The notes under the pieces were generated by a model, which was given only the letters and a program-made list of their open reading frames with translations, did no database searches and was not told the DNA's origin. A DNA stretch of 64,000 nt from NCBI GenBank assembly GCA_038087875.1, contig CM075987.1:22446001-22510000 (forward strand), read 5' to 3'. Source of the stretch: Malacoraja senta (lineage: Eukaryota). Shown in pieces: positions 27,181-38,697 of this stretch; the first letter of the stretch is position 1; each line of letters opens with the position of its first letter. Both the position numbers and the translations under genes were made by a program.

Positions 27181-27380
27181 NNNNNNNNNNNNNNNNNNNN
27201 NNNNNNNNNNNNNNNNNNNNNNNNNNNNNNNNNNNNNNNNNNNNNNNNNNNNNNNNNNNNNNNNNNNNNNNNNNNNNNNNNNNNNNNNNNNNNNNNNNNN
27301 NNNNNNNNNNNNNNNNNNNNNNNNNNNNNNNNNNNNNNNNNNNNNNNNNNNNNNNNNNNNNNNNNNNNNNNNNNNNNNNN
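27181..27380. other. Assembly gap (200 N)
   Basis: Run of N. Confidence 1.
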
Positions 27381-29609
27381 CACTCATAATCGTAGAAGGT
27401 CTGACCAAAATGAATATGACAGAACCATTGCCATTGCAGGAAGTGTTAAGTACCAGATAATATAGATTTAATGTTATAAAGCAATGGGCTAAAGTGGCTC
27501 AAGAATAAAGCGTGACATTGAATCGTAGAGTCATACAGCATGGAAACAGGCCCTTCGGCCCAACTTGCCCATACCGACCAACATGTGCCATCTACATGTC
27601 CCACCTGCCTGCATTTGGTCTGTATCCCTTGGATCTAAACCTGTGCCATCCATGTACCTATATAAATATTTCTTGAACGTTGCGATTGTCCTGTCACAAC
27701 CACCGCCTCCAGCAGCTCGTTCCATACACCCACCACCCTTTGTGTGAAAACGTTACACCTCGGGTTTGTATTAAATCTATCCCCCCTCATCTTAAACCTG
27801 TGTCCTCTACCCTGGGTAAGAGACTCTGCGCGTTTACCCGATCTATTCCTCTCATGATTTTGTGGACTGAGGAAATAAAATTCACAGCAAGTAATTGTGA
27901 TCAGGAATTCATTGCAAGAAGGAATTGTGGAAGTATATTTCATACACACATATTAAATAGATAATTGAGATAGAAAAAATAAAGGGCATAGGAAGTGTTT
28001 TGGACTTTTTTTGCTTTTTCCTTTACAATGACCACTTTTCCATTCAGAACAGATGCAAAATTCTGACTCAGAACGTCAGTATTCCCTCTGATTCCAGATC
28101 TGGTGTGGTGCTTGTTCGATCTCCCTGTGACCACATGGGTTCCTTCCAGTGCTCCGGTTTTCTCCCACATTCCAAAGACAGGTTTGTAGGTTAAGTGGCC
28201 TCAGTAAATAAGCCCCTAGTGTGTAGGGACTGGATGCAAAAGTGGGATTATATAGAACCGGTGTGAATGGGTGAGCGACAATCGGTGTGGGTTTGGTGGG
28301 CCGAAGAGCCTGTTTCCATGCTGTATCTTTCAATTAAAAAAGACGCCCCTCATTCCTTTGATTCTCGCCCTTGTCTGAAACATTACTCCTCAAAATGCTT
28401 ATTCTGTTGACTAAAATCTTTATTCAAGTGTTGTATCAAGGTCTTGAACTCCTTCCTTCTTAACTCATCATTTCTAATATTTACCATAACAACAGTCCCT
28501 CGTCCCCCCTCTAATGTTCAGCCATGATCATAATGAATGGCGGTGCAGGCTCGAAGGGCCGAATGGCCTACTCCTGCGCCTATTTTCTATGTTTCTATGT
28601 TTCTATGTTCTGCATCTTTCCAGTCATCCCTTTACCCAGTAGTATGTAATGCAAGGCACAATGTGGGACTCACTTTGGCTGTTGATGTTTAAAATGTAGA
28701 ACAGTACAGCACAGGGGAAGAGGCCCTACAGTCCACAATGTCGTGCTGAATATAATGACTAATCTTAGTGCCTGGCTGCACATGATCCATACCCTGCATA
28801 TCCATGTGTCTATCCAAAAGCCCCTTAAATGCCACTATGGTCTCTGCCTCCAATACCACCCCTGGCAGTGCGTTCCAGGCACCCACCACTCTTCGTCTTT
28901 CTTCAGTCCATTTCCTAAAGACTGAACCCCTGACAAGGTCTAAACTCCAACAATGTGCAGCCCTTTGTCCAAAGGAGTTGTATTATTTTATACACCCCCC
29001 CCCCCACCCCCTCCCTCTCCCAACTCCCTCGCTTAGAAAGCAGCCAGTATATCATAGCCAGGCTATTTATTATTGAAAATATAAGTCACTTGAACTCACT
29101 TCCAAGTTTGTTAATCAATGTGTAAACATCCTAATCCCTCAAGTAGATTTCATCCTGTGACGCTCTCCAAGATTCTCGCTATTTTGTATAACAGACCACA
29201 CAAACGCCCAGATTAGATTCCAAATAGTAATTCACTCGCGGGTATGTGTTATTCTAGATATAAACCGCCCAAAACGCTCCATCAGGTTCGAGTCTGCATC
29301 TCACCCCCGGCACCGTTAATCCTTGTATCCAAGGCTCCATACCTGGATTGAATCTTAGCCTCTGTAAAAGGGACACATCAGTCCGTTATTCCACGTGGAA
29401 ACCACCAAACCCCGGGGACACGTTCCAAGACCCAGTTGCGGACGGCAGCGATTCCCTGGCACATCATATTGGGCAACACCAGGGGCGAGGAGGGAGGGGA
29501 GGGGAGGGGACCATTTTATTATCGTCTGCTTTTGGGTTTTTTTTAATTTAAATTGTTTTTTTGGAGCTTTCTGGCGGAATTTCAAAATCAGGAGTGCTGT
29601 TGTTGCGGG

Positions 29610-30145
29610 TTGGGGAGGCGGGGGGAGGGAGAGGGGAGAGGGGGTGAGAGACAGAGGGGGTGAGACAGAGGGGGTGGGAGGGAGGGAAGGAGAGAGAGAT
29701 GGGAAAGGCGGAAGGGAAAGAGGGAAGGGGAGAATGGAAGGAGAAAGGGAGTGAGGGGAGAAGGGGGAAGGAGAGAGGGAATGGAAAGGAAGAAGAAGAC
29801 GGTGGAGAGGGAGGGGGAAAGGGAAGGGAAGGGAAGGAGTGATGGAAGGGGGAGCGAATGAAGGAGAGAGGGAAGGGGGAGAGAGGAAAGGGGGAGGAAA
29901 AAGGAGGGAGGGGGGAGAGAGGGAAGGGAGGGACGGAGAAGGGAGGGAGAGAGAGGGAAGGGAGGGACGGAGAAGGAGGGGAGGGAGAGAGAGGGAAGGG
30001 AGGGCCGGAGAAGGAGGGGAGGGAGAGAGAGGGAAGGAGGAGAGAGGAAAGGGGGAGGAAAAAGGAGGGAGGGGGGAGAGAGGGAAGGGAGGGACGGAGA
30101 AGGAGGGAGGGGAGAGAGAGGAGGGATGGAGGGAGGGAGGTGGAG
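29610..30145 (+). repeat. Polypurine (GA/GGGA) low-complexity tract upstream of Prrx exon 1
   Basis: Nearly pure A/G over ~530 bp with recurring gagagagggaagggagggacggagaa units. Confidence 0.9.
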
Positions 30146-30479
30146 ACAACGTTTAGCCCCGGCTGAGTCACGGCAGAGGTTAGAGTGGGCGGCGGTGGCG
30201 GCGCTAGGAGTTGTGTAACAGTCCCGTGGGGGGAGTGGGCGGCAACAACTGACAAAACTCCTGAAAGACTTCTTTTCGTATCCGTCAGCAAGAAGTGGGG
30301 AGAGTTCGGCAGCGAGACAAAAGTTGTGAGAAGTTGTGAAGAGTTGTGGGGGACTGAGGGGTGGAGGGGGGGGGTGGGGGGATCTGTGTCGACCACGGGC
30401 CGGGGGTCAGGGTCGGGGCCGGGTTGGGGAGGGGAGGGGAGGGGAGGGGAGGGGAGGGGAGGGTGATCTGTTCAAACTG

Positions 30480-30720
30480 ATGGAAAAACCGGTCTCTCTG
30501 TGTCCGGCCGGGCTGGGGACGCCGGAGGCCGTTCAAAACAGAAAGAGTTTCTCGGTCAGTCATCTGCTGGATCTGGGAGAGGCGCCGGGCATGAACGGTG
30601 GCACGGAGCCGACCAGGGGGGCGAGGGAGAGCGGCCGGAGAACCAGGGATCAGCCCGGCGGAGGCGGAGGAGGAGGAGGAGGAGGAGGAGGAGGAGGAGG
30701 GGAGGCGGCTCGGCAGAACG
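30480..30720 (+). CDS. prrx2: Prrx-family (PRRX2-like) paired-related homeobox gene, coding exon 1
   Basis: ATG at 30480. Translates MEKPVSLCPAGLGTPEAVQNRKSFSVSHLLDLGE...QP(G)15EAARQN; FSVSHLLDL is the Prrx N-terminal eh1-like motif. Ends at canonical donor AACG|GTGAGT (phase 1). Paralogue assignment is provisional. Confidence 0.9.
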
Positions 30721-31076
30721 GTGAGTGATGGGTGGGGAGGGGGGTTGTTTAGGACTCGGGACTGGACGGGGCGACGTGGAACCTACCCCGAGCCCACCCG
30801 GTAACTACAGCCCACAATAATGTCAGACATCAATGTAAGAAAGAAGGATCCCAACTAAGGGAATCTGAAGAAGGGTCCCAACCTGAAACATTCCCTCCCC
30901 AGATGCTGCCTGACCCTCTGAGTTCCTCCAGCACTTTGTGTTTTGCTAAAGAATTGCAATATATTAGGTAGAAAGGAACTGCAGATGATGGTTTAAACCG
31001 AAGATAGATACAAAGTGCTGGAGTAACTCAGCGGGTCAGGCAGAGTCTCTGGAGAAAGGGAATGGGTGAGTGAAGT

Positions 31077-31104
31077 CTGAAGAAGGGTCTCGACCCGAAA
31101 CGTC
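31077..31104 (+). ncRNA. Minimal hammerhead-ribozyme-like core in a Penelope pseudo-LTR
   Basis: CTGAAGA-A-GGGT(CTCG)ACCC-GAAAC-GTC: conserved CUGANGA and GAAA boxes, 4-bp stem II, palindromic ACGU stem III, GUC triplet. Confidence 0.7.
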
Positions 31105-31880
31105 ACCCATTCCTTCTCCCCAGAGACGCTGCCTGTCCCGCTGAGTTACTCCTGCATTTTGTAATTGTAACATGGTAAATATAATTCAAATTGGAAGTGA
31201 TTCCTGGGTGTTTGTAGATTAATATGCTGGCGGATCAGTGTGAGATGCTGAGGGGTTTGACAGGCTTTGGGTGGGGGTGGGGGTAATTGTTCCCTCCTGT
31301 GAGAGGGTTCGGAGCGAGGGGGTCACAGTTTATGGATCAGGGGGCTTCTCCCGGTTATGAAAGCGACGAGACGATTGTCCATTCTCCCCGAGGATACTGA
31401 GACTTGGGTAAGACTCTGCATCGAAGCGCGGCAGAAGCAGAGCCTTGGAATGTGTTTCTTAAACATAGAGGTAGATAAACACTTGATAAGCAAGGAGGTG
31501 AAAGGTCACTGGAGGAGAGGAATGCGGAGTTTACAATCACACCAGCCACGATCTTGTCAGAATAGGCTCGAAGGGCCGAGTGGCTTACTGCTGCGCCTGA
31601 ATTCAGATGTAGAACTATGTTCAAGAGTCTGAAGAAAGGTCCCGACCCAAAACCTCGCCTGTCCACCTCCCCCCCCACACACACCCCCACCCACACCCCC
31701 CACACACACACCCCCACCCACACCCCCCCGCCCCACCCACACCTCCCCCACCCACCCCCCACGCCTGTCAACAATTCGGGTCGAAGAATTCCATCCAACA
31801 ACTTTGTCTTTTAGTTCTGCGTAGTTCTGCTCCAGAGTCAAAAGTATGCCTTTCATTGGAGTCAAAATACTAATCTTAAG

Positions 31881-32032
31881 TCAGTCTGACTTAACCAGTC
31901 TGAGGAAGGGTTTCGGCCCGAAACGTTGCCTATTCATTCCCATCGCTCCATAGATGCTGCTGCACCCGCTGAGTTTCTCCAGCACTTTTTGTCTACCTTC
32001 GATTTTCCAGCATCTGCAGTTCCTTCTTAAAC
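31881..32032 (+). mobile_element. Penelope-derived short element with 12-bp TSD
   Basis: TSD actaatcttaag at 31869-31880 and 32033-32044. Confidence 0.85.
31900..31927 (+). ncRNA. Hammerhead-ribozyme-like core, variant subfamily
   Basis: CTGAGGA-A-GGGT(TTCG)GCCC-GAAAC-GTT; stem II kept via U-G wobble with a UUCG loop. Same variant at 51696-51723. Confidence 0.65.
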
Positions 32033-33697
32033 ACTAATCTTAAGCAATCCGGTGACCCCAATATATTTCCTAGAATTTGTTTCGCTGTCCAGACACTGCA
32101 ATTTTTTTTTCTGATTTGTTTGTTATTGAGGAAGATTAGTGACTCAGACTTGCCCGGTCCCCACTTCCTGCTAACGTGTCCCTCTCCCCCTGTCCCTCTA
32201 TCCATGTACCTATCCACCCGGGTCCAATAGCGCACTGCTATCACGCTGCACTGGTTGGGATCCAGAGACAAGAACGTGGCTTTAAATCCACCCGGCAACT
32301 GTCTTAAATCATGTATCTGCAATTAAAAGTTAATATCAGTAATGGTGGCTGTGGGCAGACAGGGATGAAGGGGGATCAGCCAGGCTATTATCAAGTGCTG
32401 GAGCAGGCTCGGGAGAGCGAGTGGATTAGAGTAAAAAGCAGGGATCAGTGAAAGTGGCCGTGAACCTTTCAAATTGTGGTTAAAACTCCACATGGTTCAC
32501 AGTTGCCTTTGGGTTAGTCTGACGGTTCCTCCCCTAATCTCAAGCAGTGCGATTCCAGACCCAGAGGATATCTACCCCACTTAATTCAGACGCATTTAGG
32601 GTCCTTTAATTTATAACAACCAGGATAAAGGTGTAAGGAATGGTGCTAAATTATTGCAGGGCCAGGGGTGGAGGGTAAAAACCAGGGGTGGGGAAGCTTT
32701 TCATGTTGGAATGCCACATTAAGTTAGCTGTAATCTAATAAGGCCAAGAAACTTCAATTAGATATACTTCAAAATGTACATAATATTGTTAAAATAGCCC
32801 TCATGCCTTACTGATGTTTTAATTGTGGCCGTCAGTCAGGGAGGATTATTTTGTTGAATTTTCTTTTTCCTCTTTAGTATTTTAAATACGTTCATTTTAA
32901 GATTAAAATAAAAATAATAAAAGACAAACAAAAGCATATTAATAAAAATAAAAGGATTTGTTCTACAAAATTTGGATTCATTCAGAAGGCCTAGAAGGCC
33001 GCAGGTTCCCCACCCCTGGTATAAACCTTCAATATGCCAGGATCTTATATGGGGGGAGAGAGCAACAGGCAGAGGAGAATGATCGCCTCAGGGGAGAGAG
33101 CAACAGATGGGAAAAAGGGAGACTGCGGTACTGTGGGAGAGGGATAAGTTTGGCGGAGAAAGTAACAGAATGGGGAGAGAGTGACCCTTCACGATTTCCA
33201 TCCACCATTATTTTATTTTTAGGCTGTGCGGTCCGATGATTATCATTTAGATAGATTCTACTTCATGGAAAGTCTGTGTCCAAACTTTACAGAGTTTTAA
33301 GTTTCAAAAACTCACAGGCATGTTTCTAGAGGTTTCGAATCACACCATTCAACAGCTTTCAACGTGTTCCTCTCTTGTGCTGTCTTAATAAGGTTGCTGT
33401 TCTGGCTTCAGTTATGTGTACTCTCTTCCATCTCAGCTTCCAACTCTGTTTCCACCATCGCACTGATTCTCATCTTCAGTTTTCTTCTATTTATTGCAGT
33501 GAGTGCCATTTTGAACATTTATTTTTGAACAGATTCTTTCATTCTGTCTATACAAAGCTGGCCGCCTGTCTAGCACTTTAACAGATGCCTGGACTACACC
33601 ACAAGCCACTGTGTGTGTTCTCTCTTCATCACTCTTTCCTGAAGCATTCTCACCTCCATCTTACTCAGTATCCTTGCTTGAAGTTTCTCCAGCGAGT

Positions 33698-34055
33698 CAC
33701 ACACTGGCCACTGCATCTTCTCCCCTCTCCCATCAGGCAAAAGGTATAGAAGTGTGAAAACACACACCTCCAGATTCAGGGACAGCTTCTTCCCAGCTGT
33801 TATCAGGCAAATGAATCATCCTACTACACCCAGAGAACAGTGCTGAACCACTATCTACCTCATTGGTGATTCTCAGACTATCCTTGATCGGACTTTGCTG
33901 GCTTTACCTTGCACTAAACGTTATTCCCTTATCATGTATCCCTACACTGTATATGGCTCGATTGTAATCATGTATTGTCTTTCTGCTGACTGGATAGCAG
34001 ACAACAAAAGCTTTTCCCTGTACCTCAGTACACGTGACAATAAACTGAACTGAAC
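33698..34055 (+). mobile_element. Rex1/Babar-clade LINE 3' end
   Basis: HTGHCIFSPLPSGKRYRSVKTHTSRFRDSFFPAVIRQMN plus aataaa(ctgaa)n tail. Related copies at 6100-6455 (+) and 11455-11912 (-). Confidence 0.8.
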
Positions 34056-37000
34056 AGAGGCCAGATCTTCACTCCGTACAAAGTTGCTGCATGCACACAT
34101 GTGTTTTAGACTTTCTTTGCAGTTTCACCGATCCTGACTCAACACAAACGGTCCTCACTGCCAAATTCCACATTGCCCATGCTGATATTATTTGATGATT
34201 CAGTTTCTCAACTAACCGCGCATCTAGCTGAACATTTGACCCCGGATATTTGAACTCGTCAGCATAGGGAATATTTACAAACCGGGGTTTTGAAAGTTAT
34301 TAAAACCTTCAAAACAATATTAAATATTTGTGCATTATAAACTTGCATAAAGCAACAATGGGATAATGATGAAATATATCCTCTCCCACCCTCCGTCTCT
34401 CTCCCTCTCCTGACAGTTACTCTTACCACCTACAAGTCAGTCACTATCCACCTACAAGTACGTCATTGCCCCCCCCCACCCCCCCCGTCTTGCATTCTCT
34501 CTTCCCCAACCTGTCACTCTCCCTCCTTCCAGTCTATCGCTTTCTCCCCTGAGTTGGTCACTGTCCCTCCAATCTCTCACTCTTCACCCAGCCTCTCACT
34601 CTCCCCCCATCCTGTTACTCTCTCCCCCAAGCCTGTCCCTCTCCCCCCAGTCTCTCCCTCTCCCCCCGTCTCACTCTTCCCCCCAGTCTTTCACTCTCCC
34701 CCCATTCTGTACTCTTCCCCCAAGCCTGCCACTTCTATGCATCGCCCTCCATCCTCCCCATCTATCACTCTCCCCCCTGAGGCTATAATTCTCCTATCTG
34801 TCTCTGTTGTTTTCTCACCCCCATCTATCACTCTCCCCTTGTCTGTCACTCACCCCCCACAGTCTGTCAGTCCCGCCACCAGTCTCTCACCCTCCCCATC
34901 TCAATTTGTTCTCCCATCGGCCCATGTCCCTGGCCTGCAGAGTCGCCCTGTGTTTGATCACCCCTCACTCACTTCCACTACTCATGCCCCCAACCAGTTA
35001 GTAGCTTAGAACATAGAACAGTACAGCACAGGAACAGACACTTCAGCCCATAACATCTGTGCCGTACATGATGCCAAGACCAAGTCTTATCTGCCTGCAT
35101 GCGATCCATGCCCATCCATTCCCTGCACATCCACATGCCTATCTAAACATCTCTTAATCACCACTATTGTATCTGCCTCCAACATCCCCGGCTGCATGTT
35201 CCAGGTACCCACCATCCTGTGTAAAATAACTTGCCCCCAATGTCTTCTTTAAACATTGCCCCCCCCCCTCACCTTAAAACGATGCTGTGAAGCTTATTCC
35301 CCTTCAGATGGTGGGTCCTCATCTCCTGCTTACCGTAAAAATCAACCTCATGCCTCGTTATCTATGTCTATCTAATTCTACATAACTTTCTCTCTGAATT
35401 TTGCACATGCATATCCTTGTCTTTCTGCCTGTCTGTCTGTCTCTCTCCAGTTATTGCCTCCCTTCAGCTCTCCCTTTCCCATCCCTCCCCTTGTTTGCCC
35501 GTCTTTCTCTCTCTGCTCCATCTCCTGTTTCCTATGGAGTGCAGCTGGAATGGTAAACACTGAACCGATGCTGAGGAAACAGCCGTCCTGGTGTTCTGCT
35601 GAAACGCTCCATGTTCACGTGGACTCGCAGAGTAAATATCACTGGGAAGGAGGTCATTTAATCGTCGGAACAATGGAGATACAAGCTAACTAACCCTGCA
35701 GATCGAATGAATTCATTCCACTCAATAAGTCCATTATTTTACTGAAAGAAAACTTTCAGCCAAATGGGACGGAAGGTTTATTTCAAAGCCAACAGTGTGG
35801 AATTAAACTTAATTCTGAATTTAGCAGGCTGTGCCGACTAAAGTCTTACTTGTCGATCCCACTGTTTAACAAATACCAGAAACTCCACCAGAAATCTTGT
35901 AGCATTGGGAGTTTTTTTTTTCAAATTAATGTTATTCATTCTCGAGATGTAGGCTGGTAGATGGTATTAAAAAAATAATTTCATGGCCAATGGTATGTTA
36001 GCCTAGGGTTGAAATACAAAAGAGGCGGAAGTTAGGATACTGTTATATAAAGTTCTGGTTAACCTCCCCGTGGAGTCATTATACTCGGGTCTGGGCACCG
36101 TGTCTCAGAACGGAATATTGGTCTTGGAGACATGCAGAACGAGAATCAACAGATCCATCCCTGGGTGGGGGATTCAGTTAGAAGGCAGGTAGCATGGTCT
36201 GAGTTCTATTCCTTTGAATATCAAGGTTATGATACCAGCTAATTGTGATCCATGCCAACAAGAGAAGTCCTGACCCATAAAAGGGTCCCGACCTAAAATC
36301 ATCACCTATCCATATTCTCCAGGATGCTGCCTGAACTGTCGTGTTACTCCAGCATTTATGTCTTTTTCTTAGATGGCATCTATTTCCTCATTTGGGGGCA
36401 CTTTATAAAAGGGGACATAATCTTTGAGTTAGAGTTTTGCTGGTCACTGGTGATCTCAGCAGGGATTTCTTCACACGGGATAATAGAACAAAGTACAACA
36501 CAGGAACAGGCCCATCGGCCATAATGTCCATGCCAAACATGAAGCCAAGATAAACTAATCTCCTCTGACTGCCGGTAATCCATATCCCTCCATACCCTGC
36601 ATATTCATGTGTCTACCCAAAAGCCTCTTAAACAGTGCAAAGTAGGAACACTCATTTATTACGTTAACCACTGAATTTGAAGTTTATTAAACATTTCCAA
36701 ACTTAGATTGGTAGAATTTTATTTTTTCAGGAACCCAATTTTGTTTTACCAGACCAAATTTGACGTAACCTAAGGCATTATTATGGATGACCGAATCCTT
36801 TTCCAATATGCTGAAGGCATTTTATGTATTTGATGTCCGAATTAAATAAACTGGTTTGATGGGTCACTTCAGATAATAATTAGGCAGATGGGTGAAGTGA
36901 AATTCAGGCCCAGACAGGGAAAGAAGGGCAGTTTCCATTCTCTGAAGAATATTAATAAAGTAATGAAGGTTCACTCCTGACCTCAGGTGCTGCCCCTGTG

Positions 37001-37162
37001 GAGTTTACGTGTTCGCTCTGTGACCGCGTGGGTTTCCTCCGGGTTCTCTGGTTTCCTCCAACATCCCAAAGTCATGCGGGTTTGTAGGTTATTTGGCCTC
37101 TATAAGTTGCCCCTGGTGTGTTGGGAGTGGATATGAAAGTGGGAAAACATGGAACTAATGTG

Positions 37163-37710
37163 CAAGAAACAACTGCAGATGCTGGTTTAAATCGAAGATA
37201 GACACAAAAAGCTGGAGTAACTCAGTGGGACAAGGCAGCATCTCTGGAGAGAAGGAATGGGTGACGTTTCGGGTCGAGACCCTTCTCTAGACTGGTTAGT
37301 GATTTGGGAAACGAGAGATATAGACGGAGATGTGGAGAGATAAAGAACAATGAATGAAAGATATGCAAAAGATGATAAAGGAAACAGGCCATTGTTAGCT
37401 GTTTGTAGCTCTTTGGTTTGTAGGGTGAAAACGAGAAGCTAGTGCGACTTGGGTGGGAGAGGGATAAAAAGAGAGGGAATGCCAGGGCTACCTGAAGTGA
37501 GAGAATTCAATATTCATACCACTGGCCAAGCGAAATATGAGACGCTGTTCCTCCAATTTGCGTTTAGCCTCACTCTGACAATGGAGGAGGCCTAGGACAG
37601 AAAGGTCTGTGTAGGAATGGGAAGGAGAATGAAAGTGTCCGGTAACCGGGAGATCAGGTAGGTTCAGGTGAGCTGAGCGAAGGTGTTCCGCGAAACGATC
37701 GCCCGGTCTG
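37163..37710 (-). mobile_element. Penelope-like retroelement 3' fragment (GIY-YIG endonuclease C-terminus plus pseudo-LTR), inserted in a SINE
   Basis: Peptide GDRFAEHLRS...LPVTGHFHSPSHSYTDLSVLGLLHCQSEAKRKLEEQRLIFRL..GMNIEFSHFR* resembles the end of PLE GIY-YIG domains. It is followed by a pyrimidine-rich UTR and the common terminal repeat. Confidence 0.85.
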
Positions 37711-38307
37711 TAAATGGGCAATCGATGGTTGTCATAGACGATGTGATAAATGACCTGTTTCCATGCTGTACCTTTCAATCAATCAAATAAGAAATCAACT
37801 TTATCATGTTTATTTATTACAATTCTTTATTCCAGATTCTTAAAGACTAAATTCAGATCCTTATAATGTCCCAGTGTGGGATTTGAAAACATATTGTCTG
37901 GATTTATAATCCAGTATCAGAATCACAGTGCCCCAGAGTTGAAATCCTATGTAAAGGAATCAATGACATTTCTGAAGAATGCAATCCCTATCAGAAATAC
38001 AACACATTTAGATCTAATATAACCAAGGTCTCTTTATACATTTTAAATGGTTCAACCGTAAGTTAAATGTCATTTGTAGAAACAAGGAACTGCTGATGCT
38101 GGTTTACACAAAAAGTCATAAAGTGCTGGGGTAACTCAGTGGGTCAGGCAGCTTCTCTTGGATAGGTGGTGTTTCGGATCTGAAGAGGGTCCCGATACGA
38201 AACATCACCTATCAATGTTCTCCAGAGATGCTGCCTGAATCACTGAGTTATAGCAGAACTTTGTGTCCTTTCTATTTAAGTTGTACATGTTAGTTCAATC
38301 CCGTTCC

Positions 38308-38400
38308 AAGTGGGGTGGGGTGGACAGGTGGGGTGGGGGGTGGACAGGTGGGGTGGGGGGTGGACAGATGAGGTGGGGGTGGACAGGTGGGGTGGGGGAA
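38308..38400 (+). repeat. G-rich ~19-bp tandem repeat (gggtgggggtggacaggtg)
   Basis: 4-5 units; quadruplex-compatible G runs. Confidence 0.8.
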
Positions 38401-38416
38401 CTACAGATATGGGGGG

Positions 38417-38697
38417 ACAATAGACAATAGGTGCAGGAGTAGGCCATTTGGCCCTTTGAGCCAGCACTGCCATTCAATGTGATCATGGCTGATCATCCCC
38501 AATCAGTACCCCGTTCCTGCCTTCTCCCCATATCCCCTGACTCCACTATTTTTAAGAGCCCTATCTAGCTCTCTCTTGAAGGCATCCAGAGAACCTGCCT
38601 CCACTGCCCTCTGAGGCAGAGAATTCCTCACACTCACAACTCTCTGTGAGAAAAAGTGTTTCCTCATCTCTGTTCTAAATGGCTTACTCCTTATTCT
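38417..38697 (-). mobile_element. CR1-clade LINE 3' fragment
   Basis: KPFRTEMRKHFFSQRVV...GYGEKAGTGY* plus tail. Confidence 0.9.

Larger units (their letters stand above)
27381..33576 (+). repeat. ~6.2 kb segment duplicated in inverted orientation (copy A)
   Basis: Starts at the first base after gap 1 and matches the reverse complement of 52035-58329. Identical ORF-track peptides, e.g. 32958..33239 vs 52372..52653. Confidence 0.95.

Noticed and set aside
26968..27465. ORFs spanning X runs (also 51746-52236)
   Set aside because: Artefacts of N gaps.
29355..30396. Long Pro/Ser/Leu- and Gly/Glu/Arg-rich ORFs (264-282 aa; also 55151-56162)
   Set aside because: Translations of the polypurine/polypyrimidine tract, which is open in many frames simply because it lacks stop codons.
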